A DNA stretch of 64,000 nt from Bispira polyomma. Its lineage: Eukaryota. The notes beneath the pieces are model-generated. The model was not told the DNA's origin. It saw nothing but the letters and a program-made list of their open reading frames with translations, and did no database searches. The DNA lies in contig OZ287755.1 in NCBI GenBank assembly GCA_965649765.1, positions 28,892,001-28,956,000 of the forward strand. Reading direction: 5' to 3'. Within the stretch, counting starts at the first letter, position 1. Every line of letters begins with the position of its first letter. Below are positions 50,625-63,629 of the stretch, in pieces. The translations under genes and the position numbers were made by a program.

Positions 50625-51925
50625 ATGAGGCCTTACAAGAAAGCAGCCAAAAGCTCAGTCAGTGCCGGCAGAATTGTAGCTAGTAGATCTGGCAGGGTTG
50701 TTATTCCCCCTGATCAGGCAGCTTTCGCTACAGTGGATAAATCAAAGAAAGCCAAAGCCAAGACTACTGACAGTCTATTTTCTCCTGCTGGAGGAGCCCA
50801 AGGCCGTGGTCAGCCGGATTTCAGCAAGCAGTCGGCAGGCAAACTCACGTTTCCTGCTAGAAGACCTACTACTCGCAGTGCTGGCAAAGCTACTAGTGCA
50901 GTAGATGTTAGCCTTCAAGGTGCCGTTTCGGATGTCAGTTGTGCAGGGGTACAGCAGCAGATAGCGACAGACGACATGACGCAGCAGCTAGGCCAGCTCA
51001 CACAGGCAGTCCTTACGTTACAAGAAGCTAATACTACCCTATTAGCTCGGGTGGACACTATGCAACACGAGAAAACAAGTTCAGATGTGGGTGTTTCTCC
51101 AGAAGCAAGTGTTTCTGCCAACATAGTATCTAGTAACCCTCGGAAGGGCAGCCCCTCACTGGGAAGGGTGCTCCCGTCAGTTGAACTTTTACAAACTGTA
51201 GGTGCCAGTACAGGACTTAAGTCGAATCTCGCAGTTCAACGAGAAGTTCAACGTCGCTCGAAATGGAGGATCAAGAAGATCAGGTGCTTGATTTTGGTAT
51301 GTGTAACAGTGCTGTTAATAACAGGAAAGTCAAGTCAGGTCAATTCCGGGTAGGGGGGGAAACCCCTTGTAAGAAGTTCATTTACTGGCCCCACGACCTT
51401 TGCTTTATTGGCAGTGATTGTAAGCGAGTCACGTATGACGAACTTACTCTGCTTCAGTGGTCCCTCGGGTTTAATCGTTGCATACTCAAAGAACCAGATG
51501 TCGCAATACAGCAGAATATGTTAAATTACGGAACGGAATTGCTACAGAATGCCATGGATCTCAGCTGGGCTGTGTCAAAAGGCGCTCATAGAGTAGTCTT
51601 ATGTAGTATGAAAGACGGCCTACTCACTTGGGGTGAGCTAGATAAAGTAAATGCTATTCGTAGGCAATTTGCGCAATGGCAAGTAGTGGCTAATGTCAAA
51701 TCCAGTGCAGGTACGTTTAAACACTCTACTGCCAACGCCAAAGAAGTATGTTCAAAATTCCAAACTGGTTCTTGTGACTCGGGTACAGATCACAAAATAG
51801 GTAACATTTGGAACCGACATATCTACGCATATTGTATGACCAGGACAGGTCGTCCCTACCTGCATAGAGAAATAGATTGTCAGCGCAAGAAGGCAAAAAA
51901 CGGAGGAGAAAAAGCTCGACAATAA
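50625..51925 (+). pseudogene. gag: Gag-like ORF1 (frameshift near 51255)
   Basis: KSGQFR, YDELTLLQWSLG, CSKFQTGSC...H...YC...H...C; ends GCA AAA AAC. Confidence 0.8.
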
Positions 51926-54900
51926 ATAATGGTCACTGTGAAGTATTGCAAGGGGTGAGTGGTCATAATAATGAACTATCTCATAACACACAAATGGTTA
52001 AAACAAGTAAGACATGTCAATTAAATGTGGCTGATCACTCAGCAGTAGTTGTTAAGAGTAATTTCAATTGCAGTCTGCCTGTAGGGCGGGACAGTGATTA
52101 TATCAGTGGTTATAGTTTTAACATGACATCTTTGCCTTTTGGGCTTAATTACAGTAGTAAATGTTCGTGCCAATGTATTTGTAAGCACAAGTATTCTTAG
52201 TTCTATGTGTATATTGTTTGTTGGATAGCTTAACCCGTGAGGGGTTGCATGACAGTCCACTTGAAGGTGGGTAGGCATTTTTGTTTTATTCTCAAGTGAA
52301 TAATTATCCCCGGCACAGAGTTGTATTACATAGTTATGTTTCAGTTTTCAACACTGATAGTTTGTTAGTGAAAACGAAGGCCCTTTGCTTTCACCATGTA
52401 AGTAGACAAGATTGCGTAGCATATAATATTACCAATGGCCCTTCTGCGCAGTGGCTTGCGCAGAGGTGGTTTTTCTTGGGGGATGCCTCGAGGCAGCAGC
52501 TGGAGTTCTTGGCGGTAAAATTCTAGACACACATGCGCAACTTACTTCGGAGGCTGTACTCACAAGTTGACAGGCAGCCGAACTACGTTTGGGCTGTAAC
52601 TCGGATCACGGAAACTTGCCACGCGCCACTTGTAACTTTCCGAAGTTAGTACACAAAACTCACGCGGTTTTATCTTGCGCGTGTCGGGTTATTATGTCTG
52701 GGCTTGTTAACGCTGGCAGTTTGCTTCAAGGTTTTTCTTCCTTATTTGGCAATATTGCAATTCACAGTGAATGCACAGAGTTTCCAGCTAAAAATGTTCC
52801 TAGTTTTCACAGTAACTTATCCCAACGGTGCATTTATTTAATACTTTGGTATTATTTAATAGTTTGTTATAAAAACAAATGTCTGGTTTATGTACGAGTT
52901 GCACATATTTTTAGTCACCTTTTTGACAGGTACTTCCAGACTGTTATTGTTCGCAGTATTAAAGCTCACAGGCTTGGCAGTATAGGCCACAAGGAAATGT
53001 CCATTCACTTAACTGGGTTAGTCAACAACAATTCATTGGCAGAGTGAGCATGCTGCTCTGTATTCTTGGTCAGTTGGTTAAATTCTTGTTCATGTCGGGG
53101 ACAGGTTTATACTTTAGCCATGTTATATATCATGTTAATGGCATCTGTAAAGTGCTTGTTGTGGTGTACTGTAATTGGTATTATTGTGTCTTGTTTGTCG
53201 CACTTCAGAACTTGTGTTACAGTTTCATGGTCAGTATACTTAGTAGATGTAGAGCTGCACAGCACTCTACTGCTAGTTGTCACATAGGTGGTGCATTACA
53301 GCAGACTGCTAGTTTATCTAGTCATTATAATGGTACTTATGTCACTTGTCAGTATCCAGGACAGTTTAATTATGGTTACTTACCTCTTAGTGCGCAGCTT
53401 ATGCCAATTGACATGGCCATTAGTCCTGCAAGGTGTGCCTCGGCAGTGCAACTTCACAGTTTAGTCAACCAGGAAGCAGGTTGTTTTCATTTTTTGTATC
53501 CTCCGATACCAGTTCCCTCTACTCTTAATATGCCAGTGTGGCGGAGTTTATTGAAGGATTATTATGACACTCCATTAGTAGAACTATTAGAATTTGGGTT
53601 CCCATATTTTAACTGAAGCGCTGCATAATCACCCTTCAGCGGGTAACTACCCTGATCATATTACACACTATATTACAACTGAATGTAAACATGATGCAAT
53701 TGAAGGCTCTTATAGGGATTCCCCCTTTCCAGGTTTACACACTTCACCCATGTTAACCAGGCACAAACCTAATTCACAAAATAGGAGAGTTATCATAGAC
53801 TTGTCGTGGCCTAGGGATGACTCAGTCAATGCTAGTGTTTCCAAAGAAGTATTTCTACATACAGATTTTGTACTTACTTATCCCACTGTTGATCATATGG
53901 TGGATTGTATCAAGCAATGTGGTTCTGACTGTTATTTGTTCAAGGTGGACCTTCAGCGAGCCTTTCGTAATTTGCGAATGGATCCTCATGGCAGAATGCT
54001 TATTACATTGATAAGGCGGTACCCTTTGGGTTAAGACATGGTAGTCATTATTGCCAGCGAATGACAGACAGTATTAGGTATATAATGGCTCAGCAAGGCT
54101 ATGTCGTATACAACTATATCGATGACATAATTGGTATTTATAGCTCTCTTGAGGCTGCGACCTCGGCTTTCACTTATTTACTCATTTTGCTCAAAGACCT
54201 AGGTCTTCCCATTAGTCAATCTAAGTTAGAATCTCCTAGTAAAGCCATTACGTGTTTGGGGTTACAAATTGATGTAGCAGCAGGTACTCTCAGTCTCCCT
54301 CAGGCAAAACTTACAGAAATTATTGCTCTCTGTGTTGAATGGAGTCATAAAACCTTTGGCACCAAGAACAAAGTGCAAAGTATCATTGGTAAACTTTTAT
54401 ATGTTAGTAAATGTGTGAGACCAGTTAAAGTTTTTGTTAACCATATGTTGCAAGTCCTGTGTACTTGCCCTGATACTGGTCGGTTTAAATTGCCAAAATC
54501 TTTTATTGCTGATGTTCAGTGGTTCGTGCAATTTCTTGGTCAGTTCAATGGAGTAGTGCTGTATGCCACACCTGTGAGTAATAGTGAAATAGTATATGTA
54601 GATGCCAGCTTATCGGGCTTGGGGGCAATGTATAAACAGTTTGGGTATCATGTGGAATTGGATCAGATACCTGATCACCCTTCTATTATTGTGCATCTGG
54701 AGATGCTTAATGTATATACCGCTCTTATCACCTGGTTGCATGCTTTTACTAACTCCCATGTAATTCTTTATTGTGACAACAATGCAGTGGTTAATATGTT
54801 GAATTTCAATAAAGGGAAAGACCCCTATCTTCTTAAGGCGGCTCGGCATATATGGTTGCTAACAGCTGCCCATAATATCACCTTTCAGGTTCGGCATGTC

Positions 54901-55030
54901 CCTGGCATCGACAATATAGGGGCGGATCTGTTGTCTGGATTTTCTGATCCATTTAAAAAGAACAAGTTCCATTCTTTGTTTCCTCAAACACAGTTCACTT
55001 AAGTACCTTGTCATGCAACGGCCCTCACTT
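51895..55030 (+). pseudogene. pol: RT/RNase H with long N-terminal extension, frameshifted
   Basis: LLEFGFP, FKVDLQRAFRNL, YIDD, YVDASLSGLGA, CDNNAVV, NIGADLLS. Confidence 0.85.
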
Positions 55031-55059
55031 GGGATATTTAAAGTGGTATTCATGTATAT

Positions 55060-55973
55060 TTGTTTGTCGTTCACTGTCACACTTTCTTAAGTTTTGTGTC
55101 AGACATTCTGTCCCTCACCCACACTACACTCTTAGTGTCATTCTTGCTTACATTGAGCATCTTGTGCAACTGCACTTGTCCTATCCTACCATTCAAAACT
55201 ATCTTTCGGCACTTAAACATTATTTTAGGCGTTTTGGCTTGAACCTGGAAGTATTCAACAATGTGAAGGTAACAATGTTACTTAGGTCTATTAATAATAA
55301 TATTCCTAGGAATATAAAGGTAAACGACATTTTTGGGGTGGAAGACCTTAAAAAGATTTGTGAACAATGTGACACTCTACCATTGGGAAGTGTATATAAA
55401 TCAGTGTTTCTTATAGCCTTTTTTGGTTTGTTTCGCATTAGCAATTTATTGTCGCGTTCTGTATATATGTATGATAATGAGCGCTTGTTACTCAGGTGTG
55501 ATGTTCAGTTCCAGGACCCAGGATTAGTTATCAGTGTTAAATAGACTAAAACCATGCAAAGTCGTCAAACCAATGTTCAGTTACAGCTGCCACGTTTGGC
55601 TGGTTCCGCTTTGTGCCCTGTTCAGGCCATTTCTGACATGTATAGTTAGTTTCTAGCCCCTTTGGCTACTCCATTGTATGTAGTACCTGGTTCTTCTGGT
55701 TATCAACCATTAACAGATGTTAAAGTTCGACAGGTTTTAAAGCATATTTTGGCCATTCTTGGCCTCAACAGTTCCACCCTAGGGTTCCATGCGTTCAGAA
55801 GGTCAGGGGCTTCTCTCCTGTTCCAACATAATGTCCCTCTTCAGTGCCTACAAGCTCATGGCACTTGGACTTCAGACTGTGTCTGGTCCTATCTTCAGGC
55901 TGGGAGAAATCTCACTCTCATTCCACACACTTTTCAGTCTAAAAAAAAAATAAATTATAATCTTCACACATGA
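55060..55973 (+). pseudogene. Tyrosine recombinase, disabled
   Basis: GLFRISNL, K*TKT, FHAFRRSGA, HGTWTSDCVWSYL; in-frame stops. Confidence 0.88.
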
Positions 55974-57585
55974 ATCCTTGTTTGGCTTGGGGTGGTTAGT
56001 ATCATTCTTTAGTATTCACTAACTAATTTCACCAACTTTTTATATGACATGTCAAGGTCATACAATGTCATACACATGTGGTGAACTGAACGTATGGAAC
56101 TAATAAATGGAATATATTACCAAAAAGTATGTTGTTCTCATTTATGTATTAAACTATCAAGGTCACTGTTCCTTTCAAGTCACTGATACTCGCTGTATAA
56201 GTACACAGATGGATATGTATATATATTCTATCATATATCTATATACTTGGGGTTTACAAAAATGGCGAATAATGTTAAGTCAACTTACTGGTCGTGTAGA
56301 TACCAAATACAACACGTGATGATATATATATGTATGTGAATATACACAAGGACGAAACGAAGTCAAACCTTTGAAACGGCAACAATGAGGTGATTAATGT
56401 ACCAACTTCCATATAAGGAAATTAAACTGTCGATATACACCAGCAGTATACAAGCAGATATACTTCACGTTTTTTATGAAGTAGGTCACCTATAAAAACA
56501 TGGGGGATTTCCCAGCAATGACCACAGCTTTATGGCGGCTGGCGAAAACTATTTTATCACGTTTTGTAAGGAAAGTTGGAATATGACAGCCTTTCAGTTG
56601 TTTAACTCCAGTGACAATGACGGATTACATAATCCCCTGACAGTGCTTTGATATGGTTTATAAAAAGATATGATGGCTTTTCATTTGTGTAGCATCAATG
56701 GCGGATTATAGCTTTTATTATTTGGTAAGTCATTTGTTTGATCGGTCTGTGAGCGTGAGCGAAATAGAAGATACTAGACACTGTACCTTTGGTAGCCAGA
56801 CGATTCGGTCCGTTATGGCGTTTGCCAAGATGTAGTTTCTATTTATATACTGTCATCGCTGATATGTATTACCACCCACTGAAAACAAGATCGATTTGAC
56901 TGCTAGTGGTTCAATAATTTTGGAAGCTATAACAGCTAACAATATTAAAATTACAAAATAAATTTTTTGGTCATTTTGAGAGCTGAGCCAGACTAGAACT
57001 ATTCTACCTTGAACAAACCCATGTATAGGGCCCCCACCATTCAACCTTTATTATTAACTACAGAGTAATTCTCTCTTCACACCATCACACCACCAGACCT
57101 GTTAACCACACAGCCTGTACACCATATACATACAAGTCTTTAATACAAACTGACATCAGACAAAGTAAAATAGGTTTATGCACAATCGACATTACCATAA
57201 AACCTATAATTGTAAGGACTTACAGATTTACACCAAACTGATCTTAATTGTACCACTTAAGCCACAGTTTCTGTTACAATCCTAAAGCAAGACCAAGGTG
57301 TGTACCAATGCAGATGTAAACCATTTAAGATCTCAAGCAAGCATAGGTGATAATGTAAACCAGGTAAACCACCAAGTAAGGGATGAGCCAAACAAGGCCA
57401 GGAATATATATGAGCATATAACACAATAATAACCACAAGTATATATAGTTTGGGCCATTTATTCATACCATTGCTACACATTTACATGTTAGTATTTTTT
57501 TAGTAATATTACACAACAAATCTAACCATATGATATGAATAAAAGGGGGTGACCCCAAACCCAAAGTAGAAGTAGGTAGTATGAG

Positions 57586-58537
57586 CTATGTATTTTTTAA
57601 AAGAATTTGAAAGGATTGAGCCACCTTTGGGGCTGCCTTGGAATTTTGAAGATAGGAAAAAATAGCATCCCTTTTCCAACTTCCATGTATTATTGTTAAA
57701 AGAAAAGTTGCGCCACTGCGCCGAAAAGAATGGAAAGTAAAATGTGATGGGTCAAGGCCCAAGTTGACAATAATCCAAGCCAATGTTTGTCGTACTTTAG
57801 AAGCCAACAAAGGTATGGGTTTTTGTTTTGCAGGCAAAATAAAAGCCAATGTTTGAGGAGAAGCTGGTATTAAATGAAACATGGCCAAAATGGCCGCCAC
57901 CGGACATAAAGTAGAAGAAGGAATTAAGGGCAAATAGAACTTGTGATTTTGGTTATATGCCTGGTGGGCTTTAGCTTTTGGTAACGTAACATGCATACCC
58001 AAGTTGACCTTAACAAAGTGCAACCGACGCAGAGACCTGTCAGTAATATCCTTTGCACTACTAGGCACTAAACTAGAAAGACGAACATACCCAAAAAAGG
58101 CTACAAGAAATAAAGCTTTATACACCACACCACCAGGCATAGAATCACACACACGTACAATATCTTGTACCATAGAAATAGAAATCACCCCTTTTATGCG
58201 TGGAGCATAAGGAGAGTTGATTGCCAAAGATTTCAATAGCATTTTAACATTTTTATGATTCAATACTCGTGTTGGGATATCATAATAGGCAAAATAATGC
58301 CTGATAATAGAAACATAGTTCAATGTTGTGGGCTGTTTAAGGCCCGTTTGGTGAAGATATTCAATATATGCTAGTATAAAGGCCAAGTCAGTATAATCTG
58401 GTACCTGCAAGAAGACCGCCAAAGCCAAAAACAAGCGAAACTGAGCAATATAGGCAGTTCTAGTGTTCTTTCTAAGGGCTGATTGGATCCTTGAACAGGC
58501 CGTTGACAATAAAGAGGAGGGGAGGCCAATGGAATAC
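57586..58537 (-). pseudogene. Tyrosine recombinase (no ATG; small internal deletions)
   Basis: GYVRLSSL, FHSFRRSGAT, HGSW, FSYL. Confidence 0.88.
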
Positions 58538-58543
58538 CTACAA

Positions 58544-59641
58544 TTAAATATTTAAATTTTGAAGAAAATATTCCTGATAAATTGGGGTCCATTCAAGCGT
58601 GGCTAATTTAGTTGCCATTTTGTTATCTACTTTCCCAGAGAACCATCTACTAAGGCAATCAGCCTCGCCATTATTAATACCTGGAATGTGGGAGTATTGG
58701 ATCTGAATGTCATAACTTGCAATTAAGTACCAGATAGATCTCGCAAATGTCATTAAATACTGATCACGTGTTCTACCAAAGGTCAATACGTTCACAACGG
58801 CCTCATTGCCGCAATAAACCTTGACGAGTTTATTTTTCCAACAACGGCCCCATGCATTCAACATGACATAAATGTTAATAATTTCATACTGCACTATAGT
58901 GTACATCTGACTAAAACCTCTTGGATATGTAGCAGCATACACGTGCTTGTCATAAATTGCCCCAATACCACTAAGGGAAGCATCCACATATACCACATGA
59001 TCCGTCTTGCTGTGCCTATGTATCATAACAATACCATTAAATTTAGCCAAAAATAGGTTAAACCATGACACATCTTTCCTGAACTCTTGGTCAAGTGATA
59101 TATTATTATTGGAAGCAGCAGAACGCAAAACAACCAACATTCTGTTAACAAAAAGACGGGCACGGCGAACACACCTGTGGATATATAGAAGCCTACCCAA
59201 CAGTGATTGCAAATCTTTTTTAGATGCTGTAGTTTTATCAGCCCAACTTCTACATACTTCTTTGATTTCTGTCAATTTATCCCTAGGTATTTTTAATGTG
59301 CCTGTTTTAGTATTAATTAAAATACCCATACACGTGATCTCATGCTGTGGGCAAGCCAACTTTTTGAGATTTATCGGCAAACCGAGATTTTCAATCAAGG
59401 CTTTCAATGTTTGATAAGCCTGGTTAGAGAGATTAACGATAATTCTACGCGAGTCCCCAGTCTTTGGCTGAGATAGGAAAGGGGACAAATGCAAAGGTGT
59501 AATTGGGGCAATATCATAAGGCCCAGCCATAGAATTATGTTTTAATTCTTTCTCAAAGTAAATATCTACATCCTCAGGAAACTGAGTGGCACCCGGGTGA
59601 TTAGTACAGTCAACATTGTGTTTAAATGACTCATAGTCCAC
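58544..59641 (-). pseudogene. pol: RT/RNase H remnant
   Basis: NHPGA...GPY...SPFL, then deletion of the YxDD region; YVDASLSGIGA, NGEADCLSR. Confidence 0.88.
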
Positions 59642-59647
59642 ACATAA

Positions 59648-60074
59648 GGTTTGAAATAATCATGGCAGAGCTCTCCGCTTCTCAATGACATATCCACTCG
59701 TCTGTATAAGTAGCTTAACGTAGCAGTAAGTAGCAGTAAATAGTGAAATCGTCTCCACTCTTCTGTATTCGTTGTGGAAAGTTTTACTAAGTAGCAGAAC
59801 AAAGCAGAACGCAGCTGTAAGTAGCAGTAACTAGCTCTACATAGTAGTAGGTATTAGGTAGTGATATCCTACCAGTAAAGTGTTCGATTTTTGCCCCCGC
59901 TTCATGTGTAAAAGTACCAACATTGTCATGAAACGTCACCAACATCGTCACAAAATGTCACAATCGACTGCACCTTTATAAAAATGACATCACTTTGACA
60001 CAAAACTATCACATTTTGAGTTATATAGCTTTGCTACATTGTGGGACGATAGCTGTGTAGGTGTGACCAGGACA
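59648..60074 (+). mobile_element. Truncated Harbinger-type MITE (same family as 25208-25765)
   Basis: GTTTGAAATAATCATGGCAGAGCTCTCCG matches ~25381-25410; ends with TIR GTGTAGGTGTGACCAGGACA. Confidence 0.75.
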
Positions 60075-60495
60075 TGAAAGATGATCAAAAGGAGGCAGTT
60101 GTATTCTTCTTAAAAGAGCATGAGGGGATCTATAACAAGCAAGTCCAACCCCAAGGACCAAGAGGTGCCGTCCTTTACTGGTTGTCTCTAGAAGCTGAGA
60201 AACTCCGGGATCAGTACTTTTACCATTTGAGGAGGGATTTCTTCAACCTTATCAGCAGCCTACACGAGAGGACTTTCAACCCGCAACCAGCAGTGCCACA
60301 GTTCTAACCACAGCAGTACCAAGCACAACCTTTTCCCACGTACCAGATGAGGCCATAGAATTTTATACCACAGCAACACCAACAGGCAGCATGTATCAGC
60401 AGCCACAGCTCATACCACATGCACAACAGCCTCCTCAGCAGTCAACCATGAGGCCACAGCAGTCCACTGTCCAACTTGTCCAACAAGCGCCGTAA
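60075..60495 (+). pseudogene. Remnant of Harbinger Myb/SANT (MADF-like) accessory gene
   Basis: AVVFFLKEHEGIYNK resembles the MADF first helix; Q/P-rich tail; convergent with the transposase. Confidence 0.45.
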
Positions 60496-60726
60496 ATCAT
60501 TCACAAGTATCACATACACACATGACAAAATAGTGCCCACACACACAGAGAAAAAATTAAAAACAATAATTTTAAAACCTTGAAATCATTGACCCATAAA
60601 CAATTATTACATCCAATTAAACCCTTTCAAAGTTGAACCCAAGGGGAGCAGAGAATATAAGCTCTAATTAACAAAGCTTTCCACTCAAGCACATTTAAAA
60701 TTAAAAACTGTTGTGGGTCCAAAGAC

Positions 60727-61125
60727 TGGTTTCCACATAAAGGAGGGGTTGACTTAACAGAGTTCTACTTGAGGGGGTTTTCACAAAAAAGAGGAATTGA
60801 CTTAACAGAGTTCTACTTTAAGGGGTTTCCACAATAAAGGAGGTGTTGACTTAACAGAGCTCTACTTGAGGGGGTTTTCACATAGTGGAGGAGTTGACTT
60901 AACAGAGTTCTACTTGAGGGAGTTTTCAGATAAAGGAGGAGTTGACTTAACATAGTTCTACTTGATGGGGTTTCCACATAAAAGTGGAGTTGGGTTAACA
61001 GAGTTCCACTTTAGGGGGTTCCCACATAAAAGGGGAGTTCACTTAACAGTGGTCTACTTGATGGGGTTTCCTCATAACAAGGGGATATGGTTTGACAAAG
61101 TTCTACTTGAGCGGGTTACACAAGA
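60727..61125. repeat. ~48-49-bp minisatellite, ~8 copies
   Basis: Unit GGTTTCCACATAAAGGAGGGGTTGACTTAACAGAGTTCTACTTGAGGGG. Confidence 0.9.
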
Positions 61126-61322
61126 CAGGGGAAATGACAAAGTATAAGGGTGGTTTCACAAGCTTAAAAGTTTCAATTTTTTCATTTTACATTTATGTGT
61201 GTGTTGGGGGGGGGGGGGGGGAGGGGCAGTATTTCTTTCTTTTGTGTGTTTGTGTGGAAAGTTACATAATCTTAGACAATGTTGTTGGATGTTTTGAGTG
61301 GTCCTCAAAAAGACCGATTAGT

Positions 61323-62400
61323 TCACACTCTATCATTCTGCCAAGCCACTGCCCCTTCATTCAGGAAGTAGCCCATGAGTATCTCCCTCTGTTCTTTGGT
61401 TGTCCTGCTGGGATTTCTACAGTCAGGTGGGTTTTTTCCTCCTGCAAGTGTTTCCTGTGGGATGGGTGGGTCATCTTCTGCATTTGAGTACTGCATTGCC
61501 ATGTTGATAATAGCAGTTCTTATGTTGTGTAGAACGACACAGGCTAGGGCTATTATGGCTACCACTCGTGGTTCTTGCTGCATGGTTGAGAGTAGAACCC
61601 AAAATTTTTGGACTAAAATCCCAAATGAATTTTCGACCACCCTTCGGCCTCTGGAGATCCTGTAGTTGTAAATCCTCTCATTAATGTCCATCCCTCATCT
61701 TGAGTAGGGTCATCTCGAAGGATGAAGTAGGGAACAGGGGGTCTGAAGGGGCCAATGGGTTCACGGGGGAGAGTTGATAGAGACATCTTCCATATTCTCC
61801 TTAAGTTTAAATCTGCTAAAAATCTGAGCTTTACCTGAGGTCAACCTGCAGGAAAAGGTAATCTTTGTCTACTAGAGCAAGCATGATGATTGAGTGGAAT
61901 CCCTTGTAGTTGAACTACACACTCACAGCTTTCCTCAGGCATCTAATAGCAACGTGCTTGCCGTCTCTGGCCCCAGGGCATTTGCAACATTCCACATATT
62001 CCTGAAGACAGACTTAACCTTCTTCCATTGGTATTCATCTGTAATGGTCTGGCAAACCTGTGGCACAAACTTGGTGATGGTTGACCTGCCAACTGCGAAA
62101 GAGTACTACAGTGATGTGTATTACTCCCCAGTAGCCCAATGTCTAAAAGTGATCGCTATCTTGACTCCAGGGGACAGTACCTTCCTGTAACAGGTGGTCT
62201 GTCTCTGTAGTCTTTTCCCCACCCTCCTCTCCATCTCCTGGAACACGTCAGGAGTCATCCTGAAGAAGTTGCGGAACGATTACAAAACTTGCAGCTCCAT
62301 GTGTGGCATAAGTGCTGCGCAGTGTCCATGTTCTTCCCTCCCCCTGAGACAAGGCTTGACGCAGAACCTTTGCCTTGCTCTTCCTCTTATGGCCACCTTT
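61323..62400 (-). pseudogene. PIF/Harbinger DDE transposase (HARBI1-like), disabled
   Basis: FRNFFRMTPDVF...KIAITFRHWATG; DGKHVAIRC; YNYRISRGRRVVENSFGIL...ACVVLHN...GAVAWQ; multiple frameshifts. Confidence 0.9.
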
Positions 62401-62715
62401 CCCTGAGCCTGAGCCTGTGGATTCTGTGCCTCCCGTTAACTTTATAATCTTCTTAGTCTTATTTCAATATCTATGATAGCCATTACTTGAACTTGCATGT
62501 CGCTAACTACAGCCATAAATGCTGTTGCAATATTTTTTATCACTTGTGGTATCATCTTTCCCACTTGACTTTTGAATTAAAACATGCTTTATTGATGCTA
62601 TGCATCTTCTAAAGCGATACAGCAGAATCAGTAATGCAATAGTCCATGGGCATAGCAAGCTCGTGAACAAACATGTGGAGGTGTACATAGTTATTTTTGC
62701 TGTTGTTTTTTCCAG

Positions 62716-63297
62716 CTGGAACTGAGGCACCCTTATTAGTACCAACAACTGAAGTTACAGCTACAGAAACAACAACTGAGATATCTGAACCAGAAACAAC
62801 AACCGATATTACTGAACCCGAAACGACAACTGAATTTACTGAACCAAAAACAACATCTGAAATTACTGAACCAGAAACAACAACTGAATTTACTGAACCA
62901 GAAACAATAACTGAAATTACTGAACCAGAAACAACAACTGAAATTACTGAACCAGAAACAACAACTGAAATTACTGAACCAGAAACAACAACTGAAATAT
63001 ATGAGCCCAAGACAACTGAAATTACTGAACCCGAGACAGCAACTGAAGTTACTAAACCCGAGACAGTAACTGAAATTACTGATCCCGAGACAACAACTCA
63101 ATTTACTGAACCCGAGATAACAACTGAATTTACTGAACCCGAGACAACAACTGAAATTACTGAACCCGAGACAACAACTGAAATATCTGAGCTTGAAACA
63201 ACTGAAATTACTGAGACAACAACTGAAGTAACTGAGTTTGAAACAACTGAAAGTACTGAGGCTGAGACAACAACTGAAGTGACTACTTCCGACAAAG
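62716..63297 (+). CDS. Host gene exon: Thr/Glu/Pro-rich mucin-like stalk (TTEITEPET repeats)
   Basis: tttttccAG acceptor, AAG|GTACGT donor, phase 1-1, 582 nt open; 27-bp repeat. Confidence 0.85.
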
Positions 63298-63602
63298 GTA
63301 CGTTACTCACAATATCTGGTAGGTTTAATACAGCACCTTTAATTTCAATTATAGTAAGAGGTGTTATCTAATATATCTGCTATACTGTTTTGCATAATGT
63401 ACAAGATGTAAATATATACAAACAATAAATTAATAACTTTGCAACTTCGTATTTAAATTTAGCATTCACATGTAACTGTAATTATTAATTTATAAATATT
63501 TTTATAAATATTTTAGTTATCTTTTATTGGCCACATGCAATAATTGTTATAAAATAAACAATTACAAGAAGTTTTTACAGTTTATAAGATGTATTTTTTC
63601 AG

Positions 63603-63629
63603 GAGACAAAGAAACCCAGATAATACCAG
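63603..63629 (+). CDS. Host gene 27-nt microexon
   Basis: ttttttcAG|GAGACAAAGAAACCCAGATAATACCAG|GTAAGT, phase 1-1, GDKETQIIP. Confidence 0.7.

Larger units (their letters stand above)
50625..55995 (+). mobile_element. Decayed YR retrotransposon (second family), intronic
   Basis: gag, RT/RH and YR in order. Terminal split repeats were not found. Confidence 0.9.
57550..59641 (-). mobile_element. 5'-truncated YR retrotransposon (third family), intronic
   Basis: RT/RH at 58544-59641 (central RT deleted) followed by YR at 57586-58509. Confidence 0.9.

Noticed and set aside
56598-56724. Possible extra host exon (tttcAG ... G|GTAAGT)
   Set aside because: Stop codons in all three frames.
60727-61125. 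CRISPR-like array (also considered for 35274 and 48157)
   Set aside because: Contiguous repeats without unique spacers, no cas genes, eukaryotic context.
62609-63310. Minus-strand Val/Ser and Cys/Phe repeat ORFs
   Set aside because: Antisense shadows of the + strand mucin exon, which has proper splice sites.
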